Assembly (NCBI GenBank): GCA_039818205.1
Contig: JBCBUK010000020.1
Coordinates: forward strand, 1 to 55,850
DNA: 55,850 bases
Origin: Verrucomicrobiota bacterium
GTDB taxonomy: Bacteria; Verrucomicrobiota; Verrucomicrobiia; Opitutales; Cerasicoccaceae
Direction of reading: 5' to 3'
The position numbers and the translations under genes were made by a program. The notes below the pieces were generated by a model. The model searched no databases, was not told the origin of the DNA, and worked only from the letters and a program-made list of their open reading frames with translations. How positions within the stretch are numbered: the first letter of the stretch is position 1; each line of letters opens with the position of its first letter. This document shows positions 45,809 through 55,850 of the stretch, piece by piece.

Positions 45809-48583
45809 GTGAAACATCTATCCTATAAAACATTTCTCGCCATCGCTGCTTCATTACTGGGGTCAACCATGATCTGCGGCTTGAACGCGGCGCCGTCCCC
45901 TTATGTAAGCGGTCAACGAATCGCGATTAGTGCTGATGGCAATCCCGACGCCGACCGCGACGACATCGGCGCAACGCCGATGACCTTGGCGGTTCTTGCG
46001 AAGGCGGGCTTACAAGACAGCCTGGTCCACTACGACTTCAACAACTGGCTGGAATACAAAAAGATCAATCCGGGCAACAACAACATGTGGATTGGAGCGA
46101 TGGGTGGCCAAACCCGTTGGGGATTCGATCGGTCCAAGTTCTTTGATGCCCACATCGACCCCGAAGGTGCGATCAACAATTTGGCTGCGGAGATCAATAA
46201 GTCGACCGCGGCGAATCCACTATTCATCATCGAAGCAGGCCCCGCCGAACTCATCTATCAGGCGATGTCGCGGGCAAACAACGCTGCCCGTGCCCACGTT
46301 ACGATTGTTTCCCACAGCGGATACAACGACTACTTTAAGCCACGCCTTTGGCAAAACAACCTTGATGAAGTTCTCGCACTGAACCCAAACATCACTTACA
46401 TCAAGATCCCGGATCAAAACGGGGGGCTACGCACTCAGCCTAACTATGCGCCATGGCATTGGCTGCGCGACCACGCCGATCCAAACCTTCGCTGGGTTTA
46501 TCAACGTATGGACGTTGGTCTGGCTGACGTCTCAGACACTGGAATGATTACCTGGTTGCTCGGCGTCAGCGGAAACAACGATACAACGACAATCGCCGAG
46601 CTTCAGGCATTCTTTGGCACCGGGTTGATTCCAACGAATGGCGGAAGCACGAATGCACCTGCGCCTCCAGCCGGCGTTGATCCAGTTGTCAATCTGCCCG
46701 TCACCGAGAGCATCTTTCAAGAGGTTGACGGCCGGATCATTATCGAAGCCGAAAGTGTGCCGCTCGATGGCGATTGGATCTACGACACCACCGAACCTGG
46801 CTATACAGGAACAAGCTATATTCGCTACATGCCATCGTGGATCGGGGCAATTGATTCGCAATCGAAAGGCGTCCTGATCTACAAGCTGCGTATCACCAAT
46901 CCTGGCAAGTATCGCATGGCTCTCAAGCATTCGCACAAGGGAGCACCGGAACGTGACAAGTGGAATGACTGTTGGACGCTGATGGGTATCGACATCGCCC
47001 CATATGGCAGCATTCGAAAGACCTACCATTCCATCAATGACACCCAATTTCACAGCGGAGTCGGATTCACCTATACCACCACCCATGACAACTACGGCGT
47101 AATCGCGCAGCAGGATGGGCACTTCTCCCAACCACTCTACGACCTCGAAGCTGGGGATCACTATTTCTTCATCGTCGGTCGCTCCGGTGGGTACCGACTG
47201 GACAAAATCCACTTTGTCAGAGAAGGCGTGAGCGGATTCAAAAACGATTCGTTGGCACCGACGCCGATACTGCCCGGCGATGGCGTTCCGGCAGAAAATG
47301 CTGTCAGCTGCGGGCTACTTCCCACAAGCATTGAATCTGCAGCCAGCTTCGATGTTGAGGTCAGCTACGGGGCCGAAACCGAACGCGATATCGTTGTCGA
47401 GTTTTGGAACGGCGGAGTTTGGTTGGGTGCGACTCGGCAAACGGTTAGCGCCGGAAGCGGTACCGCGACAATCACGCTAACTCCAACTGGCAACGCTCCA
47501 GCCCCCGGAGACAACTATGAGTTCAAAGTGAGCAACCGCCCGGTCGGTGGAGCCTGGAATGCTGAAGGGGTCGTACGTTGTGGCCTGACGAATGTCACCG
47601 TCACTTCAACGATTGAAGCTGAAAGCAGTACGTCGTTTTCTCCAATTGACGATGCTTACCTGGACAATGGTACGAGATACAATGATACCTTACTCAAAGT
47701 CGAAGATGGACGCCGGGTGAGCTACCTGAAGTTCAATGTCACAGGGATTGTCGGAACGATCTCCAATGCCACCCTGCGGATGTCCGTAACGGGAGATGCT
47801 GGAAGCGGAACGATTCGAGTCCTCAATGGCTCAAGCAATGACTGGACCGAAGGCAACCTCAGCACGACCAATGCCCCAACTACCGGCACACAGTTTAGCG
47901 CTCAAACGGGAACCATGGCCCTGGGTAGCGTGGTTGACTTTGATCTCGGCACCTCGATCACAGCAAACGGCACTTACACGTTTGTGCTCGAGATGAATGC
48001 GAATGGAAACGATGTCTGGTTCTCATCGAGCGAAGGAGATGAGGCTCCCGAGCTTATTGTAACATCGCTGATCGAGAACGACGCCCCAACAATCGACATT
48101 ACAGCTCCCGGAGACAACGCGCTTTTCCGCCTCGGCTCAACGGTTACCATCAACTGCGACGCAAACGATGACGGAGTGGTTTCATTCACGAAGGTCCACG
48201 TAGATGGCGATTGGCGAGAAACCCAGGAAACCGACCCCTATAGCTTCTCCTTGGAAAACCTCGAAGTGGGCACCTACCAAATCGAATGCTTCGCGCGGGA
48301 TGATCAGGCAAAGTGGTCGAGTGACACAATCAGCATTGAGATTGCCGATATGCCAGAACCCAATGCTTATAGTCCTTTGATTATTGAACCTCAAGGCGGC
48401 TTGGAATTTTCGGTGATGTATCCTCATACACCAGCCGGAAGAAGTCAGTTCGAATCGAGCACGGACCTCAAAAGCTGGACCCCAATCGGCACGCCATTCA
48501 ATGGACTAGATGGTATTCAATCCAGAATGGTTTCCATGCCGGAAGACGGTTCAGTCTTCGTGCGCGTTCGCGAGCTAGACTAA
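45809..48583 (+). CDS. Secreted multidomain protein (nucleoside-hydrolase-like N-terminus, CBM-like, DNRLRE-like and Ig-like modules)
   Basis: Signal peptide; ISADGNPDADRDDIGA; IIIEAE CBM-like; FSPIDDAYL..SYLKF DNRLRE-like; APTIDITAP Ig-like; ESSTDLKSW..FVRV tail. Confidence 0.7.
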   Translation: MKHLSYKTFLAIAASLLGSTMICGLNAAPSPYVSGQRIAISADGNPDADRDDIGATPMTLAVLAKAGLQDSLVHYDFNNWLEYKKINPGNNNMWIGAMGGQTRWGFDRSKFFDAHIDPEGAINNLAAEINKSTAANPLFIIEAGPAELIYQAMSRANNAARAHVTIVSHSGYNDYFKPRLWQNNLDEVLALNPNITYIKIPDQNGGLRTQPNYAPWHWLRDHADPNLRWVYQRMDVGLADVSDTGMITWLLGVSGNNDTTTIAELQAFFGTGLIPTNGGSTNAPAPPAGVDPVVNLPVTESIFQEVDGRIIIEAESVPLDGDWIYDTTEPGYTGTSYIRYMPSWIGAIDSQSKGVLIYKLRITNPGKYRMALKHSHKGAPERDKWNDCWTLMGIDIAPYGSIRKTYHSINDTQFHSGVGFTYTTTHDNYGVIAQQDGHFSQPLYDLEAGDHYFFIVGRSGGYRLDKIHFVREGVSGFKNDSLAPTPILPGDGVPAENAVSCGLLPTSIESAASFDVEVSYGAETERDIVVEFWNGGVWLGATRQTVSAGSGTATITLTPTGNAPAPGDNYEFKVSNRPVGGAWNAEGVVRCGLTNVTVTSTIEAESSTSFSPIDDAYLDNGTRYNDTLLKVEDGRRVSYLKFNVTGIVGTISNATLRMSVTGDAGSGTIRVLNGSSNDWTEGNLSTTNAPTTGTQFSAQTGTMALGSVVDFDLGTSITANGTYTFVLEMNANGNDVWFSSSEGDEAPELIVTSLIENDAPTIDITAPGDNALFRLGSTVTINCDANDDGVVSFTKVHVDGDWRETQETDPYSFSLENLEVGTYQIECFARDDQAKWSSDTISIEIADMPEPNAYSPLIIEPQGGLEFSVMYPHTPAGRSQFESSTDLKSWTPIGTPFNGLDGIQSRMVSMPEDGSVFVRVRELD

Positions 48584-48590
48584 CTCCTTC

Positions 48591-48659
48591 CTCCCAACAC
48601 CGTCACGACGCAGTGTAAGCTGCGGCAAAAAGGGGCCCCGGATAGTCGGGCCCTTTTTG
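48591..48659 (+). repeat. Second, more decayed copy of tRNA-Tyr 3' end, trailer hairpin and terminator
   Basis: CTCCCAaCACC...GCAGT-GTAA-GCTGC..AAAAAGGGGCCC...GGGCCCTTTTT; ~70% identity (one gap) to 35150-35218; also acts as terminator of the upstream gene. Confidence 0.65.
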
Positions 48660-48855
48660 TTTCATCAAAGATTGCATCGTAAACGTCCGGAATCGTGTCC
48701 GCTTTTATCGGACACCGGGGAGGTTAGTATAGATTTTCCAGAGGTTGATTAATTTGGCCTAAGGGCGCACTTACAGGTTGCTGCGCAACCTCGGCCAGGG
48801 CCGTGCGCTAAGAGGGCCGGGCCCCCTTATCATCCCCCGTGACTATGTTGATTCA

Positions 48856-49965
48856 CTATGCTGCTTCTTGGACCTCCTTCCTGTTTTTGGTGGCGGGCTC
48901 ATGATAATAGTAATTCAGCAGACCACCAAGCCGTTCACTTTTGGCGATAATCCCGCTCGATGCCTTTGCTGAATCAGCATTTGGGAAGGGAATCAAATTT
49001 TCCAAACCTTGATGATTTCGTTCCTGAAGATAGTGCTCGACGTATTCATGGATCGCCTTGCGGAGTGAGGCTTCTCCTAGGAAAATCAGGTTGTCGAGGC
49101 ACTCACGTTTGATGCTGCCGACGAAGCGTTCGGCATAACCGTTTTGCTCGGGGCAGGCAGGTTGAGACTGGATGACCTTCAGGCCAGCATTGGAAAGAAT
49201 GCTTCGGAACTCCTTCGTGAAGAGAGGATCTCGATCACAGATAAAGTATTCTTGTCCCTGAAGGAAGCCACCATCAGCAGTCAAGTTCCGGGCAACCTGC
49301 GCCATGACTGGTCCATTGATTTCACAACTGATATGCGCAATCTCCACTTTACGGGTGGCCAGGTTCATAACAAAGAGCGTGTGAAAACGAACCAGCCCGC
49401 GCATAGTCCAGACTTCGGTGGTGAAGAAGTCTGCGGCACTCATGACGGACAGATGCGAACGAACGAACTCCTTCCAGTTGCTCCGCGCAAGGCGATCGGG
49501 TGACGGCCGGATGCCATGAGCAAGCAAGATGTTGCGAACGCCAGACATGCTGATTTTAAATCCAAGATTTTGGACCGCGCCTTGGATTCGACCATAGCCC
49601 CAGCCGGGATTCTCTTCGGCGAACTTCACACAAAGCTCGCGAATGATCTCAATCCGTTTTTGACGGTCCGTTTTGATCCGTCGTTTACCGGTATACTTCA
49701 GTGCGACCAGCTTGCGATGCCAGGCATAGATCGTTTGCGGGCTAACGATGCGCGCGTATCGTTGCAACTGATCCCAGCCAAGGATTCGTCCCTTTTTCGC
49801 CAGCTGGCGACGTTGATGATCGTTCAGACGCAGTTTCTTACCGGTCTGGTCGAATTGCTCTTTAAGGATGCGGTTTTCTTCGAGCAAGTAATCAATGACC
49901 TCCTGCTGCTTGCGGTTCATCCAGCCCGCTAAACTCGCCAGTAAAAATGCTGTTGATGTCTTCAA
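48856..49965 (-). mobile_element. DDE (integrase-core/rve) transposase
   Basis: NPGWGYGRIQG HTH region; ADFF (D), ICDRD (D), NGYAERFVGSIKREC (E), ERNHQGL, RLGGLLNYY; element ends not resolved. Confidence 0.85.
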
Positions 49966-50253
49966 GAAAGCGATGTTTCAGCCGAAGCACAATCAATGTC
50001 AAGCGGCAGATTCTCAGGTTCTCTTTGTCTACCCGTTCCCATGGTAAACAATCAATACTCATCGTATCGATCAGTCGAAGATTGATCGATACGGTTATAC
50101 TCGATCATGAGCTATACCGCAAAACAGCCCGCTGATCCAAGCTTGCCTATGCTCGATAATAGCATTTATGATTGAACGCGTAAAATGCTGCCAAACAGCA
50201 TGATCGGGCGAGAAATCATAAAATTGAACCCCACACGTTACACGCCACCCACT

Positions 50254-53200
50254 CTAGGGCTCTGTCGTTTGTAAGCTAGCGGCAGACAGCCCATGCCGAA
50301 GCTGGAATTGCCGAGTAGCCGTCTCAAGGGCCTGATCCAGCGCATCGTAAAATGCGTAGTATTCGACAACCGGCAGATTCACGGCCTGCCAACCGATGAG
50401 TGAACGACTTTCACGCCATCCCACTTTGGAGTCATCATCCGACCGCCCTTCGGCAGCCGCATGCCCAAATCGTAGTGCGCTCGAATTCGTCGCTTGCTCT
50501 TCACTTGATTCCTCAAGTGCAATCTGCTCAGGGTCAAACTCAACAACTGACTCAATCGAAAATGGATAAGCAAACCGATACGGCTGCTTTCGACCAACGC
50601 TAGGGCGCATATCAAGGTAATATCCTTTCCAAGCTGGCAAGAATTCCAATGCCCCTTCATCCGCTAACGCAGTATACCTAACATCAATGGTAAAAGGTTT
50701 GTTCAGATCGTTTAGGTTGCTAATCTCTACCGACTCCACCGCCGAGTCGGCAGGAAGGTAATCGCGGAGGGTATTTTCAACTTCTAAACGGTAATCCTTT
50801 GGCTCCAGATCAAGGTAAGATTGTCGAAGCCAACTACCATAATACCCCACAACTGCCAGAGATTCTCTAATCTCAATCTTACCTGGCTCTTCACCTAGAT
50901 TTATCTCGCACTCCACTTTCACGCTTGGTCGTTTCCATGGAGAAGGATATTCAGCAATCTGTATTAGATGCGGATTGTCATCCTTGCAGAGTAACCCCAT
51001 GCGACCACCCAGCCCATGAGGAGGCCCGAAAGCAGGGTCGAACTCCGTATCAACCAAATCAATCACTGGCTGGTCGGAAAGACTCGGCACATAAATTACC
51101 ATGTGATCAAATTGATCCAAAGAAGGCAATTCCGGTGTCAATTTCGAACCGGTATTGATGAGCAAAGGATGCGACCTAATACCCGCTGCTTTCAGCAACT
51201 GATAGATGACAATGGTTTGATCTTTGCAGTCTCCGTAACGGTTACTCCAGGTCTCAGACGCAGTATCGGGGATATAGGAAGTGGCACCAAATTCCAACGC
51301 CTTGTATACGACGCGGTCTTGAACAAGCCGTACCAGCAGCATAACCTTCTCGCGCTGACCGAGTCCCTCAAGATCCAGGTCGCGCACAACCGCTTCCATC
51401 GTCTGATCAGTTGTTAATTGGGGCTCTATATCTTTCAAATATTCCAACGCAACCTCGCCCCAGCTGCGCTTATTTGACCCGAGATCAACTACGGGCAAAA
51501 GCTCTCGGAAATCTGGCATACTGGATTCAAATTCAGTACCTGGCGAATTGGCCAGCCGCCAAGCGATCTCACCTTCGCCGAGATTCTCCATTTGGGTTAC
51601 CTTTTCAGATACGACCTCAACCTCATCAATGGACCCAATGACATATTGCGCAAATTCAAACACGGGATAACTGCTGGAGAAGTAACGGCGGCTATATGGA
51701 AACTCATCGGAATCATATGTATCTTCCCAAGTGGTTTCCCACTCCAACGCATAACCCTGTGCCAAACCATTGACCGGCGCATAGAGCGTAACCTCATCGG
51801 ATGCCATTTCGGTATCGGACTGTTCGGACAAATAAAAGGCATCACGTTTAGCCGAGGCGACAGACACACCATGCTCATCAAAAACCTCAATCCGATTGAC
51901 GAAGAATCGCTCGCCATCTCGATCAAAACTGAACGTCAACGTACTGAAGTATTCGACTGCACGACGGGTATTTATGCGTGCCCGCCTTCGGACCGTTTTG
52001 CGTACTGGCTCTCCTGGCTCAAAATAATAGCCAGTTACGATATAATCATATATAACTTCGCGCTCCTGCCAAGCTTCTGGCGTTTCCGCTTCCTTGACTT
52101 GAAACATAATCTCCGCCAAGGGCTCGGGCAAGCCAACGGACTTCAACTCCGAACTGACTAAGCTGAGGTCATCAATACCAACTTGTGAATCCAACCACTC
52201 TTGATAATTGATCAACGACTCACGTTCAGGGAATTGCTCCAACGCTAATTGGACCGTCTTATGCGCCTCAGCCAACCAACCTAATTCCACCAAGGCATCC
52301 AGCTTTAGCTCGATCGCATCTGGCGAATCCGGATGTACTTCTAGAGCTCGATTAGCAACCTCCAGCGCTTCCGACACCAATCCCCGAGCAGTCTTGATCT
52401 CGACCAATTCCTCCGCAACCCTTATACTTATATGCCCTTCATTTACGTAGGGTTCGAGCGCAGCTTCGGCCTCGTCGAACGTTTCGCCCAGACGCAAAAC
52501 GGCTGCCAACCAAACGGAATACCTCTCGGATTCGCCTTGAGCGATAACGGTTCGCATGACAGCCGCGGCAACTTCGTGCCGCTCACCGTCGATGATCAAA
52601 TTCACAATCGCCAGCAAATCGTCGGAATCATCATACCCATTCTCAATCGCCGATCTCATCTCAATCGCCGCTAACTCAAATTTTCCATCCTGCGCTAGAA
52701 TGATTGCGTACAAGGTCTGGCTTTGTGGGTCGGATTGAACAGATTCCCAATTTTTTTCTACCAATTGCAAACCCTCCCGAGTAAACTCTCCTTCGTATGC
52801 GGCCCGCAAAACGTTCTGTTGATATACCAAGTAATCCGGATTTAGTTCAAACGAACGGCGAAAATATTCTAGCGCAGCGCCATAGCGCGAACGCGCAAAG
52901 TGATAGAGGCCAAGGTTATTAAGAATTTCTGCCTGAGATTCTTTTTGTTTCTCAGTATATACGGCCGGTTCTTTAGCAGCATCCGGATCAAAACTCGCAC
53001 GCTCAATTGCGTTTTCCAAGGTGGATTTTATCGAGGAATTCTCCGTTTGCTGCGCCCACCAAACAGCGACAGCGACCGCCAAATTCTGGACCTTCGCTAT
53101 TCGAATGCGAAACCAATAATTACCGCCTTCACGCTCGTCGAGGATTAGGTATTCAGTGCCAATACGCCCATCGATTTCAGCGGTTTTCTTAATGACTTTA

Positions 53201-54417
53201 TCCACGTGCTCCAGATCGATGTCCATCACTTTAAGGAACATATCGTCAATCGCCGACTGGCTTTCATTTGGATCAACTTCATTCGTAGCGACCAACTCGA
53301 TACCTGCGCTCACACCATATAGAGCACCGTCATCAGCATAGCTGGCCTCCTTCTCAATTAGCTCCCATTTCTGCCATCCGTTTTCCCTTAGATCAATCGC
53401 CAGACCTCCCAAATCGCTAGAGACCGATTCCACACGACTAGCGCTGGACACCTTGTAGCCGAACTCTGGGTCAATTGTTTCAAAACTACGCAAGATACTC
53501 TCAGTTACTTTTTTATTTTGGTCCCGCCTGCCATTGCCAGTGTGACTTGTGACCACCTGATAAAACATTCCGTTCTCTTGAAACAGCGTAAACTGAAATT
53601 CAATCACGTTGATACCCCGTTGCGATTCTGCTTCCATCCTCCGAACCTTACGGCCACCTATCTCGCCATCATAAAATTCTGTTGCCTTGCTACCGGGATA
53701 TGCAGCCAACGCCCGCTGCCGAATAACCTGCGCAATGGGTTCCAACTCATACTCTACAATACCAGATACTTCAGCGATGACCATCACGTTCGCACATAGG
53801 CGCTTATTGGACGCCATAAAATCTATGTCTGGGTTTATCTTCTGGGTATCGAGTTCAATCCAATCCTTACCTGATAATTCGAAGCGGAAATTCGATTCCT
53901 CATCCTCGATAGCCATCACACCCTTGTCACTATCCAGCCGCAACTTCTTCTCACTTTCGGCGACCATCAATTCTCGGTCCGCACTGACCTGCCCTTTTAT
54001 TGCCTTGAAAAAGCCAACGCCAGCGAAGGCCATTACTAGACCACTCAAACATAGGGTCCAGATTGCCGCCCCTCGTCCGGTAAGGCGTTGAGAATGAGAA
54101 CCAAAGGTTTTCGTTAAACCTATGATTGCCAACACAATGGAACTGATGATCAGCGCAAAGCAAATAAGCGCAAAAAGGCCAACTAAAACCGGCGAAGTCA
54201 GGGATGAGCTATTCTTAAATACACTGATTAGCGTCATCATTCCCGCACCAAGCCAGAACACCATCAGCGCAAGCGTCGCCATCCTACTACGCCCCTTCTC
54301 TTTCAGCTTGGGAAACTGAATAGCGATCACGATGAGCCCTATTATCAACCAGGTGAATTGGCCAATGAGATAGGGTGCACTAGATGGATCGGCACTGGAT
54401 GTGGCTAACAAACTCAT
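50254..54417 (-). CDS. Large membrane protein with TPRs, DUF3857-like and transglutaminase-like domains
   Basis: Four N-terminal TMs; TPR 'LNNLGLYH..YGAALEYFRRSFELNP'; catalytic-like YGDCKD, FDHM. Confidence 0.8.
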   Translation of the reverse strand: MSLLATSSADPSSAPYLIGQFTWLIIGLIVIAIQFPKLKEKGRSRMATLALMVFWLGAGMMTLISVFKNSSSLTSPVLVGLFALICFALIISSIVLAIIGLTKTFGSHSQRLTGRGAAIWTLCLSGLVMAFAGVGFFKAIKGQVSADRELMVAESEKKLRLDSDKGVMAIEDEESNFRFELSGKDWIELDTQKINPDIDFMASNKRLCANVMVIAEVSGIVEYELEPIAQVIRQRALAAYPGSKATEFYDGEIGGRKVRRMEAESQRGINVIEFQFTLFQENGMFYQVVTSHTGNGRRDQNKKVTESILRSFETIDPEFGYKVSSASRVESVSSDLGGLAIDLRENGWQKWELIEKEASYADDGALYGVSAGIELVATNEVDPNESQSAIDDMFLKVMDIDLEHVDKVIKKTAEIDGRIGTEYLILDEREGGNYWFRIRIAKVQNLAVAVAVWWAQQTENSSIKSTLENAIERASFDPDAAKEPAVYTEKQKESQAEILNNLGLYHFARSRYGAALEYFRRSFELNPDYLVYQQNVLRAAYEGEFTREGLQLVEKNWESVQSDPQSQTLYAIILAQDGKFELAAIEMRSAIENGYDDSDDLLAIVNLIIDGERHEVAAAVMRTVIAQGESERYSVWLAAVLRLGETFDEAEAALEPYVNEGHISIRVAEELVEIKTARGLVSEALEVANRALEVHPDSPDAIELKLDALVELGWLAEAHKTVQLALEQFPERESLINYQEWLDSQVGIDDLSLVSSELKSVGLPEPLAEIMFQVKEAETPEAWQEREVIYDYIVTGYYFEPGEPVRKTVRRRARINTRRAVEYFSTLTFSFDRDGERFFVNRIEVFDEHGVSVASAKRDAFYLSEQSDTEMASDEVTLYAPVNGLAQGYALEWETTWEDTYDSDEFPYSRRYFSSSYPVFEFAQYVIGSIDEVEVVSEKVTQMENLGEGEIAWRLANSPGTEFESSMPDFRELLPVVDLGSNKRSWGEVALEYLKDIEPQLTTDQTMEAVVRDLDLEGLGQREKVMLLVRLVQDRVVYKALEFGATSYIPDTASETWSNRYGDCKDQTIVIYQLLKAAGIRSHPLLINTGSKLTPELPSLDQFDHMVIYVPSLSDQPVIDLVDTEFDPAFGPPHGLGGRMGLLCKDDNPHLIQIAEYPSPWKRPSVKVECEINLGEEPGKIEIRESLAVVGYYGSWLRQSYLDLEPKDYRLEVENTLRDYLPADSAVESVEISNLNDLNKPFTIDVRYTALADEGALEFLPAWKGYYLDMRPSVGRKQPYRFAYPFSIESVVEFDPEQIALEESSEEQATNSSALRFGHAAAEGRSDDDSKVGWRESRSLIGWQAVNLPVVEYYAFYDALDQALETATRQFQLRHGLSAASLQTTEP

Positions 54418-54905
54418 AGGGATATTCCACCAATACCCCACCTATGTGCGAGAAAAAACTCTTATTGTATGGAGATTCATTTCATCGCATACACAAAAAC
54501 TGATCGACTAGACTAGAGTACTCAGTGAATCCGCTCGCACGTAGACGAAGGTAGACCTCGAGATTGGCCTAGCACTATGCAGCTGTGTCGAACACCTAAT
54601 CGCCCTAGATGTGTTTCCCTAACGCGCCAGGAGTGTTAGAGCAGATCTAACGAACAGCCGTCATAGGTGGAAAAGAGATACTGCTTCTCTAGAAAAGCTA
54701 AACAGCCACCATGCAATAGTCCCAACTAAATCAACATTCTTAAAGCCGGGGTGCTCAGCCAGTCCCACACGGAAACTAATGTTCCAAGGTGGACCAGCGC
54801 AAATTCGAATAGGCCTCCAATCCCCGTAGATTGCTAGAGGAAAGCAGTACGCTTGTGATGATAGATGGTTTGCATAGCATCTTCAGCCACACAGAAGCCA
54901 AGCTT

Positions 54906-55460
54906 TCACCGCTTATCACCCACTGGACAAAAACCGATTTTCATTTCATCCATCTTGGTCAGAAAGTGGTGCAACTGGCGAGAATACACAGACTGGACTT
55001 TAATTTGGAGCGAATTGGCCGTTCTATCAAAATCAACCGAAAGTATCAGGCCATCTTGTTCCAGCTTATCGAGCAAGACTGCAACATCTTCGAAACGAAG
55101 ACTATTGAAGAAGATTCTCTCTTCGGTGTATGTGTCTTGGATCTCACTTTCTGGCCTGACATGAATCTCATTTCCTTCTCTATACCAAAAGTAACCAGAA
55201 TCATTAAGTAGAATATCAAAAAGCTGAGGCAATGTAACATTCTTTAGCCTAAGCGAACGCTCTGAAGACAGCTCCTCAGGAATAAAAACATTAACGTCGT
55301 AGGCAATCGATGCCTCTCTTAAAATCTGCCTAATGCTTGCATTTGAATAGTCCAAAGACAAGGTCTCATCATCAGCCAACGTTGCGAGTTCTCTGTTCGA
55401 ATCAGCAACTAAACCTACCGAGGCGAGCAGGACCGCAAAAAAGAAAAGAATATGTTTCAT
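54906..55460 (-). CDS. Secreted protein with secretin N0/STN-like and N1-like domains only
   Basis: Signal peptide; LSLDYSNASIRQIL..SLRLKNVT..LFDILL; VDFDRTANSLQI..L..FL.KMD. Confidence 0.65.
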   Translation of the reverse strand: MKHILFFFAVLLASVGLVADSNRELATLADDETLSLDYSNASIRQILREASIAYDVNVFIPEELSSERSLRLKNVTLPQLFDILLNDSGYFWYREGNEIHVRPESEIQDTYTEERIFFNSLRFEDVAVLLDKLEQDGLILSVDFDRTANSLQIKVQSVYSRQLHHFLTKMDEMKIGFCPVGDKR

Positions 55461-55487
55461 ATGATCGGCAAAAAGCTGTACGATTTT

Positions 55488-55850
55488 TTAAGAAGCAGCT
55501 TCAGATAAATCATCCTGCAGTTGCTGCTCGATCCGGATAAAGCCACTAACAATCATGGTCCTGATCCTCTTTAGATCATCGGAGGTCGCTTGACGTACAA
55601 CAGAATCACCAAGCCATACATCCTGGTCAACGACTCGAATGCTGTATTCTTCTTCTTCATTAGTTATAGAAGATTTTCCGACAATTTCCCATCCCCTTTT
55701 CGCAAAACCCTTTCTCGAAGTATATACTAACCGTCTTGGATTACCATCTAACGCAAACAATTCAGCGAGCCAGGAAAGCTCAACAATGATGAAGTCTCGA
55801 AAATCTGCAATTAAGGGTGATGTCCTCAGTATTCCTGTTGGAGATGCTTG
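55488..55850 (-). CDS. Hypothetical protein, 5'-truncated by the window edge
   Basis: Frame of ORF 55488-55760 stays open to 55850. Confidence 0.5.
   Translation of the reverse strand, partial: QASPTGILRTSPLIADFRDFIIVELSWLAELFALDGNPRRLVYTSRKGFAKRGWEIVGKSSITNEEEEYSIRVVDQDVWLGDSVVRQATSDDLKRIRTMIVSGFIRIEQQLQDDLSEAAS

Noticed and set aside
48660..50250. Terminal inverted repeats or target duplication of the transposase
   Set aside because: None convincing by eye
54590..54660. attC-like CTAAC...GTTAG words
   Set aside because: Spacing too short, not at a gene end, no integron integrase in view

Overview
Bacterial chromosome segment, probably PVC superphylum (Verrucomicrobiota/Opitutales-like). 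This is inferred from the EF-Tu switch-I variant [14 protein letters not shown], a PEP-CTERM protein and an A|FTLLE prepilin; no search was run. 1-35 kb is mostly core genome: MBOAT/SGNH pair, mtaB, a partner-switching module, lolCDE-like genes, lysS, the tRNA-Thr-tuf-tRNA-Trp-secE-nusG-rplKAJL-rpoBC cluster and two ClC genes. After tRNA-Tyr (35075-35161) the window is accessory. Two decayed copies of the tRNA-Tyr 3' end (45308-45390 and 48591-48659) suggest islands stacked in tandem at this tRNA. The first island (~10 kb) holds the most interesting locus, a co-oriented cluster: pseudo-NtrC regulator, HhH protein, 2Fe-2S ferredoxin, V4R, acidic FxxxxxW-repeat protein, phycobiliprotein-like globin with the bilin-attachment Cys, V4R, Ser/Thr kinase, unknown ORF, cyanobacterial-type heme oxygenase, ferredoxin-dependent bilin reductase. 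It resembles the pre-PcyA/BBAG clusters and the Synechocystis slr0144-slr0152 operon, and looks like a bilin-based sensing/signalling unit in an apparently non-photosynthetic host. All family assignments are by motif recognition by eye.
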